Origin: Squalus acanthias
Lineage: Eukaryota
Direction: 5' to 3'
DNA: 64,000 nt
Assembly (NCBI GenBank): GCA_030390025.1
Contig: CM059432.1
Span: 49,044,001-49,108,000 of the forward strand
Shown piece by piece: positions 12,220-24,733 of this stretch. Made by a program: the position numbers and the translations under genes. Under the pieces are notes generated by a model. That model was not told where the DNA came from. It saw only the letters and a list, made by a program, of their open reading frames with translations, and ran no database searches. How positions within the stretch are numbered: position 1 is the stretch's first letter; each line of letters starts with the position of its first letter.

Positions 12220-12575
12220 CACATCATGTGGATTTGAGCCAGAGAAATTGGGAAGATCTTAGGTTCTATTCTTGGTTTGTCTGACCTTGGCAGGGAAGCA
12301 GCAGGGGCAGTTATATTGGCCTCAGTGTCTCTTGGTTATGGAACAGAGAAAAAAAAGCATCCAGGGTTATTATGCTCCTATTTGCAATGTTGTGACCCTC
12401 TGCCGGAAGATGTGTAGTTTTGAATGTCAGGATCAGACTTAGTTGCAGTGCTCCCATGGTGAATAGTTAGTTAAAACTCACAGTCAAGGCTCACGTTCAC
12501 AGATGGCTACTACGTCCCATGGGGTATGAGTCGGTAACCCAGTACCTTCAAGACAGGAGGAAAGAAAATCAGTGG
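12220..12575 (+). mobile_element. Decayed SINE of unnamed family (related to 23320-23700 and 53150-53540)
   Basis: Shared blocks such as TTGGCCTCAGTG..., GGATCAG... and GGTA...CCAGTACCTTCA...AGGAG among three dispersed copies. Confidence 0.5.
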
Positions 12576-15500
12576 AGAGAGAAAAATAGTTTCCATGGGG
12601 AAAAAAATCGACCATGAATTGAACTGGTGGTAATAGAAAGAAATTGTGAAGCTAGGGAAAAATTGAAGCAGGATATGAAAAGATAATCCAGGAAATTATG
12701 CTGTGCAACATTATTGTATGAATGTATAATATATTCATATCAATTTCCTCTGTATGCTATTTTAACAGAGGCATTAATCCGTCTATTTTAAAGTAAAGTT
12801 TAAACTAGTGGACAAAACAATTAGATAGGAATGTGGTAAGCATTTGTACAATAATTATCAGACGAGTTATTTCCAGGCTAAAGTCCCTGAAATCCAATCT
12901 CAGAAGAGCATCACCCCTAATTCACTAATGTGACAATATCATTTTCCATAGAACTAAAGGCCTCCTGAGTGAGACTGTCAGTACATTGCCCATTTATCCA
13001 AAATTGTGAGCAGCTGATTTACTATGGGTTCATGCCTTGTCGGAACCAGGCTGAGGCCACTGAAAATAATTTCACTTAGGGCCATTAATTCCATCAGTCT
13101 GGGGTTGATCCAAATCTAGAGGTGGAGCGGCAGTGTGCTAACCCACTGTGGCACCCCATTCCCCAGTACAATATTCTGATTTCTGATTGAAGTGTTTCGG
13201 CATGGTTGCAGGTTTCTGAGTGAGTCCTTGTGAACTAAAGTCCTGTAATTATATTGGATTCATAATCTCATTATTAGATTTCTGGGTAAATCACTGGAGA
13301 ACATTATTAATTCAAACCAGTATAAGACAAGTTATTATTTGTCATTATAAATCTGTGTGCTACGTTACATCTACATCATACAATACTGTATGTCAAGGAT
13401 AATCTATTAGGCAAGAAAATTATTGGAAGAAGAAAGGAATCTTAAATCAGATCACAACGTGTGCAGAAAATTAACTGTGACCTTGTCATTCGTGCTTCTG
13501 TGAAGTATGTGGCAATCTGCCCAGACACCAGATCCTGGCTGAATGTAACATTTAGCATCTCAGAATGATACTGGGGACAGCCTGTTACAGTATCAAAAGA
13601 CCAGGGACCAATTTATGCATGTGGCCTCAAAAAGGGGTGTGATGGTGAGAACTAAATCTTAGATAAAAATTAAATAATAAACTACCTTCAGGATCTAGAT
13701 GTTCAATATTAATTTTTTTGTGGCACTTGTTTAGATGCAATGAAGGAATTTTCCAACCTGATAACTGCTCGTGCCATAAGATAAAACTCGACATAAGTCA
13801 TTTGTGGAGCAGTCATGTTTGTCACCGTGCGAGGGAGGAATAGCCGTAGGGAACATCCTGGAACACAAGTGTCTATACCCTCCAAGCTATTTTTCTTAAG
13901 GACAGGAGAAGTTGGCAGAATATATGCAAGATTCTGAATTGTTTCATGGGGCCCTGTCTTCATGAAAAAAGTGTTTGGCAATACTTTTTCTTTTCAGAGG
14001 ATGGGAGAAGAACCAGGAGAGCTGCATGTCCTTTTTGTCACAATGCTAACCTATGCAAGTGATGTGACAATGGGCTGGATTATGCGCTGAGCGGCGAACA
14101 AACAGCAGCAGCCGTTCGTTACACTTGCACATAGACTTTCTATGGGCTTTTGCACTGGAAGTTCCTGTCAGCCAACTATCCAAAAAGCACAATGCCCTCT
14201 ACAGAGCATCTGGGACCCCTGACCAGGGCAAGCCACCTTGCATCTCCTTAACCAATCAGACTGAAGAATCGTTAATGAGCATCCCAGAGTCTGAACCAGG
14301 AAGTGTCAGTTAGAATATTTAATTCAATGTCAAATCAAGTGCAGAAAGCGAAATAAAGAGAGGGAAAGAAAGATTGGATTAAAACAGAGATAAAAGAAAC
14401 TGAAAGAAAAAGTGAAAATAAGCACCCTGATCCCGTTTAAATTTAATGCATGATAGGATATTTTATACATTGAGTCTGGGTCATGCAGAAATTAATATCA
14501 ATTCTGTGTTGTATTTCTTTTGGGGTGGGGTGGGGGGGGGAGTGGTGAAGGTTCACATCGATTGGTAACAAATTTCTTCTCAGTTCGGCAAATGTTCATC
14601 CTTAGAAGGTCTGGACCAGACTGTCCTCCCCTTAAATTACAGGCTCCTGTGTCAGCTAGTCTCTATGAGGAAAATGCACGTGGACCTGTAGTACCTGTTA
14701 CACCTATAGGTGGTGTCATGAAAGGTAGGTTCAATGTTAAAAGTCAAATAATGTTAGCTGCGAAAGCAATAGCTGATATTTTATACTGGTATTCTGAATC
14801 TGTGTGCAGTTGCAGGCTCTGGCCACTCAGTGTCAGTGTGAAGCAGCTATGTTTCGAAGCTTTCAGTGGTGTCAACTATACAAGGCTAGAATAGGCTGTA
14901 ATGGAGGCAAAGAAGACATTTTCTGATGGAGGCCTGCTCTTTATTTATTGCATTTCCTGGGTGGAGATTCACTCTTTAGTTATTTCAACAGCACCTCAAC
15001 CACGGAGGTGGACAAAAGCAATAATGTCATGCAAACATCATCATCTCCAAGTTACAAGGTGCAGCAGCACATTGGCAGGAGGGCACGTCAAGTTATAAAC
15101 TGGACACAGGAATTATAAATGAAATAAATAAAAATAAGAACAATGTATGAATTTAAAATAGGGATTGGATTGTTTGAGTCGGGGGGAGGTAGGTCGAAGG
15201 ATTGAAGGGGGAGTGGGATGGTTCGAAGTCCAAATTTGCCCGACTTGGTAGGACACAGCTACGACGATATCCTCCAATGCTGCGCTGCCATTTGCATCCA
15301 TCTGAAAATAGCAATGTGATCACGATCAGCAATTTAATAGTTAAGAGTAAATTATTTGCAGTCAGTTTTGGTCGATTCCTGACATACAAAATTGTCTGAC
15401 CTCAAAGTGGCTGGTGTGATCTTAACCCCCTAAACCCCCTCACTGCCTCGCCCACTGTCTGAGCGTCCTGACAAATTGTCCCCCATCCTCTTTACCCGCT

Positions 15501-16739
15501 TCACCTGAAGATTACACTTGGATGTGGCTTCCCGGGGTAGAAATTCCACAGGGGTCTCCCAATGTAACTTTGGCAGAAAACCTTAAGGAGCGGTGTGAAT
15601 GGAAATTCATGTCTGTTCTCCACAGTTGCCACCCAAGTTACGTCAGATCAGAAGACCCCCATGGAAATTCCAGGCACCCGTGTATACGGGTGATTGACTT
15701 CTGACTTTATAAATGTATAGTGAGTGAGGATTGCTGAGGCTTCTAATGCTCAAGGTGGTTGGACAGAAAATATTCCAGAGATGTAAGGCAGAGAAATTGC
15801 AAGATACTGCTAGAATACCTGGTGAGGGAAATACTGAGAACATCCTGTCCAACTCCTTGTGTCCATATAGGATAGAAATGCAATTCAACAGTATATTTTA
15901 AAAGAGTAAAACAGGTTTATGTTAGAAAAGTAACATATATAGCTAACTGCAGCAGTTGGAATATGGATGGGAGAGTCAAAGCCCTATTTTATGCATCAAG
16001 AAGTTCCATGATGATGCTCCACTGCCGGTCTTCATCTGGTTAGACAGCAGCACCATTGAATTTGAGATTATGTAAATGACAAATGGCACATAATCTTCTG
16101 TTCACTCATATACATGTATATAAAAAAGGAGGATGAAAAAACAAGTTGGGTGAAGTGAACTCAGTGCACCCGTTAAAATGTTAAGCTCTGAGTTCTATGT
16201 AGCTTCTGACTAAAATTCACATTTAATATGCTGCTTCAATTTTGTTGTCAACTTGAGGCTTTGCTGCCTTGAGGCATTTTTTTTCTGCCTCTGGTAATAA
16301 CTGTCCTGAATATAAAACTGAAAGTAAGGGAGAAAGTTTTCAAAAAGAAGTGTATTATCCACTATAAAACATGCACACATAGGTTGCTTAAGGGTATCCG
16401 CCCACCTACTAAGCTTTGCAAGCACACAGATCAATTAAACCTGACATCAAACAGATGCACCATTGGAAATCTTCTGACATTTGGACTTCGGTATAAGTAT
16501 GATACAAAGGACTCTATTCATGGAGCTTTTGCAGATTAATATGCTTGGTCTCCTCAGCAAATGTTTAGCAAATTGTTTGCAGTTTCTGGAGCCTTTGGAT
16601 TTATGTTATATTCAGACATATTGCATTACAGAAACTGTGGCTGAGATTTTGCTGAATATTTATATTCAGGGTTCAAAATGAAGGTCTAGCATGCAAAAAT
16701 TCATGACTATAAACCAAATTGATGTGTAGCAGTATGTAT

Positions 16740-16928
16740 GCAGATGTAATGTGTGAATATTATTCATTATATTTAAATTATGTATAGAGATGCCGTGCGT
16801 GTGAATATTAACTATTTAAACAATAGTGTAGAGATGCTTGTGTGAATAATAACTATCCAAATGAAGGTGCAGCAATGCAATGTTTGTGAATATTAACCCA
16901 ACAGACAGGTAGCATGAGAATATTAACC
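16740..16928. repeat. Degenerate ~45-bp minisatellite
   Basis: About five spaced copies of the core GTG(T/A)GAATA(T/A)TA(AC). Confidence 0.6.
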
Positions 16929-19205
16929 AATATACATGTTCATGAAACTGAAAGTTTCAAAATGCTTTTTACAAAAATATCAAATTAGCAGAGCATCAAC
17001 CCTGTGCTATTGACCTGCAAGGCTGAACAATGAGCAGGCTATTTCAGGTTAATATGCCAATTTTGCTGAATTGAAATTATTTTGGTTTGGCTCTCTATTT
17101 AAACAAATGCTGGCCTACATATATAGGACAGTATGTGTGATTACACAGCGCAACTTGACGAATCCTGCCATTGATATTTTGCACATAGTGGGTAAATAAG
17201 TCTCGTCTCTGAGTGGTACCACGGCAGGAAAAGGGTGTTCTTTTATAATTTTTATTTACCTGATAGCTCAGTGTAGTATGTGGGAGGAATGTTATGGGTT
17301 CTCATTCCCGATGGTAAGTTCAGGACAGATTCCTGGTTGTTCAGTGATGAATACAGCGGGGCTTCACACAGAGTTAGGCAGCTTATTGGAAAATTGAGGG
17401 TGCACTGTTTGAAAGGCATTGCTGAAACCTTTGGTCCCAGAACATATACCCCTATATTAAATCATCCCTAAAATCCCAAGGAAAAACAATCTCCTCCCCA
17501 TCACTAATGAGCAGACACTGTTTTTCCCTTCGGATTTTAGCATGGAAGAATCTGATTTCTGTGGTCAATGAGTGAAAAGTGTTTGTCCACTTTTCTCTGA
17601 TAGTGTTGGTAGGCTAGGGGAATGGTGAGATCCTGTTGGTGTACAGAAGAGTATTTTAATGGTATAATGGGGAAATACTGAAATTTACGAGCTGTGAAAT
17701 TGAAAACTTAAGTCTAGAAAATTTCAATGCTTCTCCCCAAATCTCTGCAGGTACATGAAAAAGCTTTACCAGAAATGTACACCTGTCTTTGTTTCTTATA
17801 ATCCCTTTTGATTTCTGCTTTCTGTGTTAAAACAGATCGGAGATTGCAATTTGCTTTAGAAACATGCCAATGAAAAGCTGTACTTGCATCAGTACAGAAT
17901 CTGCAAACCCCAAACTGACAGGAGATCATCTAGTGTAAGAAAAGAACTAGCAAGTGCATCTGTCTATTTCCAACATATATCCAATAATGTACTCACAGCA
18001 GAAGGGAAATAACAGGGTTCCAAATCCTTTTAAAGTTCTGTCCATCATCTTACCTTGTTATTCCTAATGTTTGGAGCACTGACAGTTGATAACATACTGA
18101 GCTAACCATTAGAACCTTTTCTTGGTTTTTGTAAGCAAAGTCCCCAGTCCTTGAAAAAATGCCTATATTGTGGAAAGGGCGATGCAGGAAGATAGCACCT
18201 TGCAGACCAAATGAGCTGCATTTGTAATAATCTGACATTCAACAACTTCCTTGCACTATGACTGAAAATAAATTGCTAAATAAGTTTAAAAAAAATGCTT
18301 TTAGCCCATAAATCACATTCTCAAATCTTACCTACTTAGCTTATTCTAGATAATTTATTACTCGTCCACTGCAAGCATAGATTAAATCCATGTTTGGTAA
18401 GGCTTATGTACATACACATATACTATGACTGCAAACAAACACATTTTTAACTGTATTGTGCATCAGCTATCATTTACATCTTAGCAATTCAAGAGTGATC
18501 AATGCTGATCAAGACAGGGTCAGCATCACAATCAAATTATCCAGTGCCTGAGGCTATGAACTTGTTAAACATTTACCATTGATTTCATTTGAAAAATGGC
18601 AGATCTGTATACAAACTGTTCCTAAAGCTCAACGCCTGTCTAATTATTTATTAGGCTCTGCTCTTTTTCTTCAAAAACTCCTCATTTTGAATCAAACTAA
18701 AGACCATTAATACTTACAGAAAACCTCTTATTGGCATCCAATTGGCAATGCATGCAGAAAGTGGACAAATGTATCACATATTCCAACCGCACATGGAGAT
18801 TAACATTTTTTCAAAGGGTGAATTAACACGCTGATTTTGTTTAATTTGGCAACACAAACTGAAAATGTACAAATGTGTGGAGTTTTACGTCAGGACCTGT
18901 CACTTCAAATTTCAGGACCAGCAACACAGCAGATTTCAGTTTGAGCTGTGACAGCAGCTCTCAAACCACCTTGGCTCTTAAGCATGTAAAGCTTCAAATA
19001 TTTTTTCTTCTATCTGACACGCTGCCTCTTCAGAATCAGTAACACCAGGAAAATTACTTTATGCTATATTTCTGTTATAAAGTGAGCCCAGAACAAAATT
19101 TGAATCAATCCAATAGCAAAATACTGCGGATGCTGGAAATTTGAAATAACAGAAAACGCTGGAAGCACTCAACAGGCCAGGCAGCATCCGTGGAGAGAGA
19201 AACAG

Positions 19206-19242
19206 AGTTAACGTTTCAGGTCTGGGACCCTTCATCAGAACT
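19206..19242 (-). ncRNA. Hammerhead ribozyme motif (Penelope family B, left arm)
   Basis: Exact reverse complement of 22787-22823. Confidence 0.7.
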
Positions 19243-19413
19243 GGAAAAAGTTAGAGATGTAACAGATTTTAAGCAGGTGCAGAGGCAGGGAAAGGGGGGG
19301 AGGGGAGGAAGGAACTGAAGGAATATTCTGTGCTAGGGTAGGAGGCAGGAGAGATTAAATGTTGCAAATGGGGATGGCAGAATCATAACCAGCCTGAAAA
19401 ATGGGGGCAGGGG

Positions 19414-21070
19414 TTATAGTCTGAAATTGTTGAACTCAATGTTGAGTTCACAAGGCTGTAATGTGCCTAATCGAAAGATGAGGTGCTGTTCCTCGAGCTT
19501 GCGTTGAGCTTCATTGGAACAGTGTAAGAGGCTGAAGACGGTGAGGTCTGAGTGGGAGTGGAGCAGAGAATTAAAGTGACAGGCGACCGGAAGCTCGGGG
19601 TCACCCTTATGGGCTGAACGGAGGTGGTCCGCAAAGCGGTCACCCAATCTGCGTTTGGTCTCCCCAATGTAGAGGAGACCACATCGTGAGCAGCGAATAC
19701 AGTATACTAGATTGCAATAAGTACAAGTAAATTGCTGTTTCACTTGGAAGGGGTGTTTGGGGCCCTGGTCAGTGGGAAGGGAGGAGGTAAAAGGGCAGGT
19801 GTTGCATTTCCTGTGCTTGCACCGGAAGGCGCCGGGTGAAGGGGAAGGGGTGTTGAGGGTGATAGAGGAGTGGTCCAGGGTGTCGCGGAGGGAGCGGTCC
19901 CTTCAGAATGCTGAAAGAGGAGGTGAGGGGAAGATGCGTTTGGTGGTGGGATCACGTTGGAGGTGGCGGAAATGGCGGAGGATGATCCGTTGAATGTGAA
20001 GGCTGGTGGGGTGAAAGGTGAGGACAAGGGGAACCCTATCGTGGTTCTGGGAGGGAGGGGAAGGGGTGAGAGCAGTAAATGGGAAATGGAACGGACACGG
20101 TCAAGGGCCATGTCAACCACGGTAGAGGGGAATCCTTGGTTGAGGATCAAGGAAGACATATCGGAAGCACTGGTATGGAAGGTGGCATCGTCAGAACAGA
20201 TGCGGTGGAGACGGAGAAACTGGGAGAATGGAATAGAGTCCTTACAGGAAGCGGGGTGGGAGGAAGTGTAGGCCAGGTAGCTGTGGGAGTCAGTGGGCTT
20301 GTAGTGGATGTTTGTCGATAGCCTATCGCCAGAAATAGAGACAAAGAAGTCAAGGATGGGAAGGGAAGGGTTGAAGATGGACCATGTGAGGGTGAGGGAA
20401 GGGTGGAAATTGGAAGTAAAGTGAATTAAATTTTCTTGAGAGCAGGAAACGGCACTGATACAGTCATCGATGTACCAGAAAAAGAGGTGAGGGAGGGGAC
20501 CTGAGTAGGACTGGAACAACGAATGTTCCACATATCCCATGAAAAGGCAGGCATAGCTAGGATCCATGTGGGTTCCCATAGCAACACCTTTAATTTGAAG
20601 GAAGTGAGTGAAGTCAAAGGAGAAGTTGTTCAATGTGAGAACAAGTTCAGCCAGGCGGAGGAGGGTGGTGGTGATCGGGACTGGTTGGGCCTCTGTTCAA
20701 GGAAGAAGCGGAGCGCCCTCAGGCCACCCTGGTGGGGGATGGAGGTGTAGAGGGATTGGACGTCCATAGTGAAAAGGAGACGGTTGGGGCTAGGAAACTG
20801 AAAACTGTTAAAGTGGCGGAGGGCATTGGAAGAGTCGCGAATATAGGTGGAAAGAGACTGGACAAGGGGAGAAAAAATTGAGTCGAGGTAGGAAGAGATA
20901 AGTTCCGTGGGGCAAGAACAGGCTGAAAAGATGGATCTACCAGGGCAGTCCTGTTTGTGGATCTTGGGAAGGAGGTAGAAGTGGGCTGTGCGGGGTTGGG
21001 GGTCTATGAGGTTGGCGGCCATGGAGGGAAGATCTCCAGAGGAGATGAGGTCAGTGACAGTCTTGGAAAC
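19414..21070 (-). pseudogene. Frameshifted Penelope-like RT/GIY-YIG (left arm)
   Basis: ORF pieces 20630-21100, 19740-20633 and 19414-19743 carry FYLLPKIHK, MDVQSLYTSIP, GVAMGT, YIDD and YIGETKRRLGDRF. Confidence 0.9.
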
Positions 21071-21264
21071 AATGGCATCTACCTCCTTCCCAAGATCCAC
21101 AAACAGGATTGCCCTGGTAGACTCATCGTTTTAGCCTGTTCCTATCGCAACTCTATTTTTTCTCCCCTTGTCCAGTCTCTTCCCACCTACATCGCAACTC
21201 TTCCGACGCCCTCTGCCACTTTAACAGTTTCCAGTTTCCTGGCTCCAACCGTCTCCTTTTCACT

Positions 21265-22608
21265 ATGGACGTCCAATCCCTCTACACCTCCATCCCCCAC
21301 CAGGATGGCCTGAGGGCGCTCCGCTTCTTCCTTGGACAGAGGCCCAACCAGTCCCCATACACCACCACCCTCCTCCGCCTGGCTGAACTTGTTCTCACAT
21401 TGAAGAACTTCTCCTTTGACTCCACTCACTTCCTTCAAATTAAAGGTGTTGCTATGGGAACCTGCATGGGCCCTAGCTATGCCTGCCTTTTAATGGGATA
21501 TGTGGAACATTCTTTGTTCCAGTCCTACTCAGGTCCCCTCCCTCACCTCTTTTTCTGGTACATCGATGACTGTATCGGTGCCGTTTTCTGCTCTCGAGAA
21601 AATTTCATTCACTTTACTTCCAATTTCCACTCTTCCCTCACCAACTCCGACTCTTCCCTTCCCTTCCTTGACTTCTCTGTCTCCATCTCTGGGGATAGGT
21701 TATTGACTAACATTCACTACAAGCCCACTGACTCCCACAGCTACCTGGACTACACTTCCTCCCACCCCGCTTCCTGTAAGGACTCTATTCCATTCTCCCA
21801 GTTTCTCCGTCTCCGCTGCATCTGTTCTGACGATGCCACCTTCCATACCAGTGCTTCCGACATGTCTTCCTTTTTCCTCAACCGAGGATTCCCCTCTACC
21901 GTGGTTGACACGGCCCTCGACCGTGTCCGTTCTATCTCCCGCACTTCTGCCCTCACCCCTGCCCCTCCCTCCCGGAACCACGATAGAGTTCCCCTTGTCC
22001 TCACCTTTCACTCCACCAGCCTCCACATTCAACGGATCATCCTCCGCCATTTCCACTACCTCCAACGTGATCCCACCACCAAATGCATCTTCCCCTCACC
22101 TCCCCTTTCAGCTTTCCGAAGGGACTGCTCCCTCCGCGACACCCTGGTCCACTCCTCAATCACCCTCAACAGCCCTTCCCCTTCGTCCGGCACCTTCCCG
22201 TGCAAGCGCAGGAGATGCAACACCTGCCCTTTTACCTCCTCCCTTCCCACTGTCCAAGGCCCCAAACACCCCTTCCAGGTGAAACAGCGATTTACTTGTA
22301 CTTATTGCAATTTAGTATACTGTATTCGCTGCTCACGATGCGGTCTCCTCTGCATTGGGGAGACCAAACGCAGATTGGGTGACCGCTTTGCGGAACACCT
22401 CCGTTCAATCCGCAAGGGTGACCCCGAGCTTCCGGTCGCCTGTCACTTTAATTCTCTGCTCCACTCCCACTCTGATCTCTCTGTCCTCAGCCTTTTACAC
22501 TGTTCCAATGAAGCTCAACGTAAGCTCGAGGAACAGCACCTCATCTTTCGATTAGGCACTTTTCCGCCTTCTGGACTCAACATTGAGTTCAACAATTTCA
22601 GACTATAA
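21265..22608 (+). CDS. Penelope-like RT plus GIY-YIG endonuclease (truncated, decayed; right arm)
   Basis: MDVQSLYTSIP, GVAMGT, WYIDDC, CKRRRCNTC, LVYCIRC...CIGET (Y of YIG replaced by C). Has small in-frame deletions relative to the left arm. Confidence 0.85.
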   Translation: MDVQSLYTSIPHQDGLRALRFFLGQRPNQSPYTTTLLRLAELVLTLKNFSFDSTHFLQIKGVAMGTCMGPSYACLLMGYVEHSLFQSYSGPLPHLFFWYIDDCIGAVFCSRENFIHFTSNFHSSLTNSDSSLPFLDFSVSISGDRLLTNIHYKPTDSHSYLDYTSSHPASCKDSIPFSQFLRLRCICSDDATFHTSASDMSSFFLNRGFPSTVVDTALDRVRSISRTSALTPAPPSRNHDRVPLVLTFHSTSLHIQRIILRHFHYLQRDPTTKCIFPSPPLSAFRRDCSLRDTLVHSSITLNSPSPSSGTFPCKRRRCNTCPFTSSLPTVQGPKHPFQVKQRFTCTYCNLVYCIRCSRCGLLCIGETKRRLGDRFAEHLRSIRKGDPELPVACHFNSLLHSHSDLSVLSLLHCSNEAQRKLEEQHLIFRLGTFPPSGLNIEFNNFRL

Positions 22609-22786
22609 CCCCTGCCCCCATTTTTCAGGCTGTTTATGATTCTGCCATCCCCATTTGCAACATTTAATCTCTCTTGCCTCCTACCCTAGCACAGAATATT
22701 CCTTCAGTTCCTTCCTCCCCTCTCCCCCCACCCCCCTTCCCTGCCTCTGCACCTGCTTAAAATCTGTTACATCTCTAACCTTTTCC

Positions 22787-22823
22787 AGTTCTGATGAAGG
22801 GTCCCAGACCTGAAACGTTAACT
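22787..22823 (+). ncRNA. Hammerhead ribozyme motif (Penelope family B, right arm)
   Basis: AGTT-CTGATGA-A-GGGTC(CCA)GACCT-GAAA-CGTT-AACT: canonical CUGAUGA/GAAA core, stem I AGTT/AACT, palindrome AACGTT. Confidence 0.72.
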
Positions 22824-23319
22824 CTGTTTCACTCTCCATGGATGCTGCCTGGCCTGCTGAGTGTTTCCAGCATTTTCTGTTGTTATTTTGAATCAATCCA
22901 AGTTGCCCCAATTTAGAGATCTTTACAATGTTTTGTTCAATCCGGACCATTTAGATACAATTCTCCCTGTAAAAAAATGTTAATCTCCATTTGGAGCAGA
23001 GCCTAATAAATAATTAGACAGACTTTGAACTTTAGGAGCAGTTTGGAGACAGATCTGCCATTTTTCAAATGAAATCAATAGTAAATGATTAACAATTTCA
23101 TAGCCTCAGGCACTGGACTGTGTGACACATTTGCCTACTTTGTGCATGCATGTCTTAATATTGGCAACTGCTTGCCCAAATAAATTTTCTGGCCTTAGTT
23201 GATAAGGAGTAAGTTAATTATTTCAAACATTTCTTTTGTGGTCTGTGCGACCTGTTCCATCAACTTTCTGCGTGATTTAACAGCTATGTTAAAAGTACCT
23301 GATCTAAGAAGGAATCTGT

Positions 23320-23700
23320 TAGTGGGTAAAAGCATTAACTGATGTAACACTAAGCTGCAGAGACCAAAAGATCCCAGGTTTGATTTCTGGTCTGTGCTAA
23401 GTTAGCTGATCTCAGTCAGGGCAGCAGTCAGGAGTTTTATTCGACTCAACGCATATAGGCTAGCAAGGGAAAAATCAGCCAGTGACCCTGATTGCTATCC
23501 AGCTACTGATGCTAGGAAGTGTGAATTTGTGGAGGCTGCATGAGGACAATATTAGGCTCAGCTATGAAGCTTTGCAAGGTTGAATACACACTGTCTAGGC
23601 TTGCACATAAAGAATGGTCACTTCAGCAAGGTACTGGAAGGTATCTGTGGAATCATACCCCAAGCAAGAATCAATGTCTTCAAGAGAAGGAGACAGGAAA
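23320..23700 (+). mobile_element. Decayed SINE of unnamed family
   Basis: Contains the box-B-like CCCAGGTTTGATTTCTGG and is homologous to 12220-12575 and (reverse) 53150-53540. Confidence 0.55.
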
Positions 23701-24733
23701 ATTGAAAAAAAATTGTTGTGTTCTTTCACTGAAGAATAAAGAACAGGAAGAGAAAGTGCACTGAGAAGAAAAAGAGTTGCTAATGACCCTTTTACACTGA
23801 GGAATCAAGAGTCAGTTCTATCATCAATCAATGATGTATGTGTATTGGTATCTGACCTTGGATTTCAGGTGACTTTAAGGCAAATAGTTGCTCAATCATT
23901 TTGTAACATCTAGCAGTGCGTGATAAAACTCTATTCTCAAGGAAGAATCTAATGTTGAAAACAGATTTGACTATCTTCCACAAGTTCTTGGAGAATGTCT
24001 GAGAAACAGGTAGTTGTTTGTAGTTGATCTTGAGTTTGTACTTTTTATAATGATAGGATCTCTTCACACTGATCAGCTGCAACACCAGGAAATCATGACG
24101 GGTTGGTTCAAAGGCTATGAATGTTTGTAAATTTATATGCATAATTTATGAGTAAGCACCTGCCAGATTTTAGATCAGAAAGTATAGAAGATTTGGATCC
24201 TTTCTCTTAACTTCAGCTTGAGAAGCTGGAATCTACAAATGTAGGCCATATAGGGAGGGGCATCTGGATGCACTTCATCGAAAAGTCAACCAACACTCCT
24301 TACACTCATTCCTTTGCTTGTCATGTTGGCAGACATTAGCCTACCTCGTGCTGAATTGTCTCATGGGAGGGTGTTTGATGAGGTTCATGTTGGCTATGCA
24401 TTCCACTTACGGCTAATTCACAAACCTAACAACCGCTGTGGCTGGAATTTTTACCGTGGAGTCGGGTCGGGTGCGTGCAGCCCGCATAGCGGGTCAGGAA
24501 TGCGATGTTCTGCTTAGCGCGTTCTTCAGGGCGACTTTAATTTGATGGCCCAATTAAATCAGTCATGCGTGTTTCCTGGCCCAATTAAATAGAGCGAGTC
24601 TGATGACGCCATTGATAACTTGTTTCCAGCACCAATATTTAAAGCAGTCTTGCACACAACTTGTTTGAAGGTTGCTAGAGGAGTGTGGAAGCTGAAATAC
24701 AAAGGGCTGGGTACTGTTCTAAACTATCAATGA

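Larger units (their letters stand above)
19114..22886. mobile_element. Penelope-like retroelement (family B): two 5'-truncated copies head-to-head
   Basis: Minus-strand copy about 19114-21076 and plus-strand copy about 21077-22886. TSD TTTGAATCAATCCAA at 19099-19113 and 22887-22901. Confidence 0.93.
18540..23117. mobile_element. Old long-TIR non-autonomous DNA element, interrupted by a Penelope insertion
   Basis: 18540-18663 is an imperfect reverse complement of 22994-23117. A second inverted block pairs about 18793-18823 with about 22959-22990. Confidence 0.7.

Noticed and set aside
16740..16928. CRISPR-like repeat-spacer array
   Set aside because: Repeats are short and degenerate, spacers resemble one another, there are no cas genes, and the context is eukaryotic.
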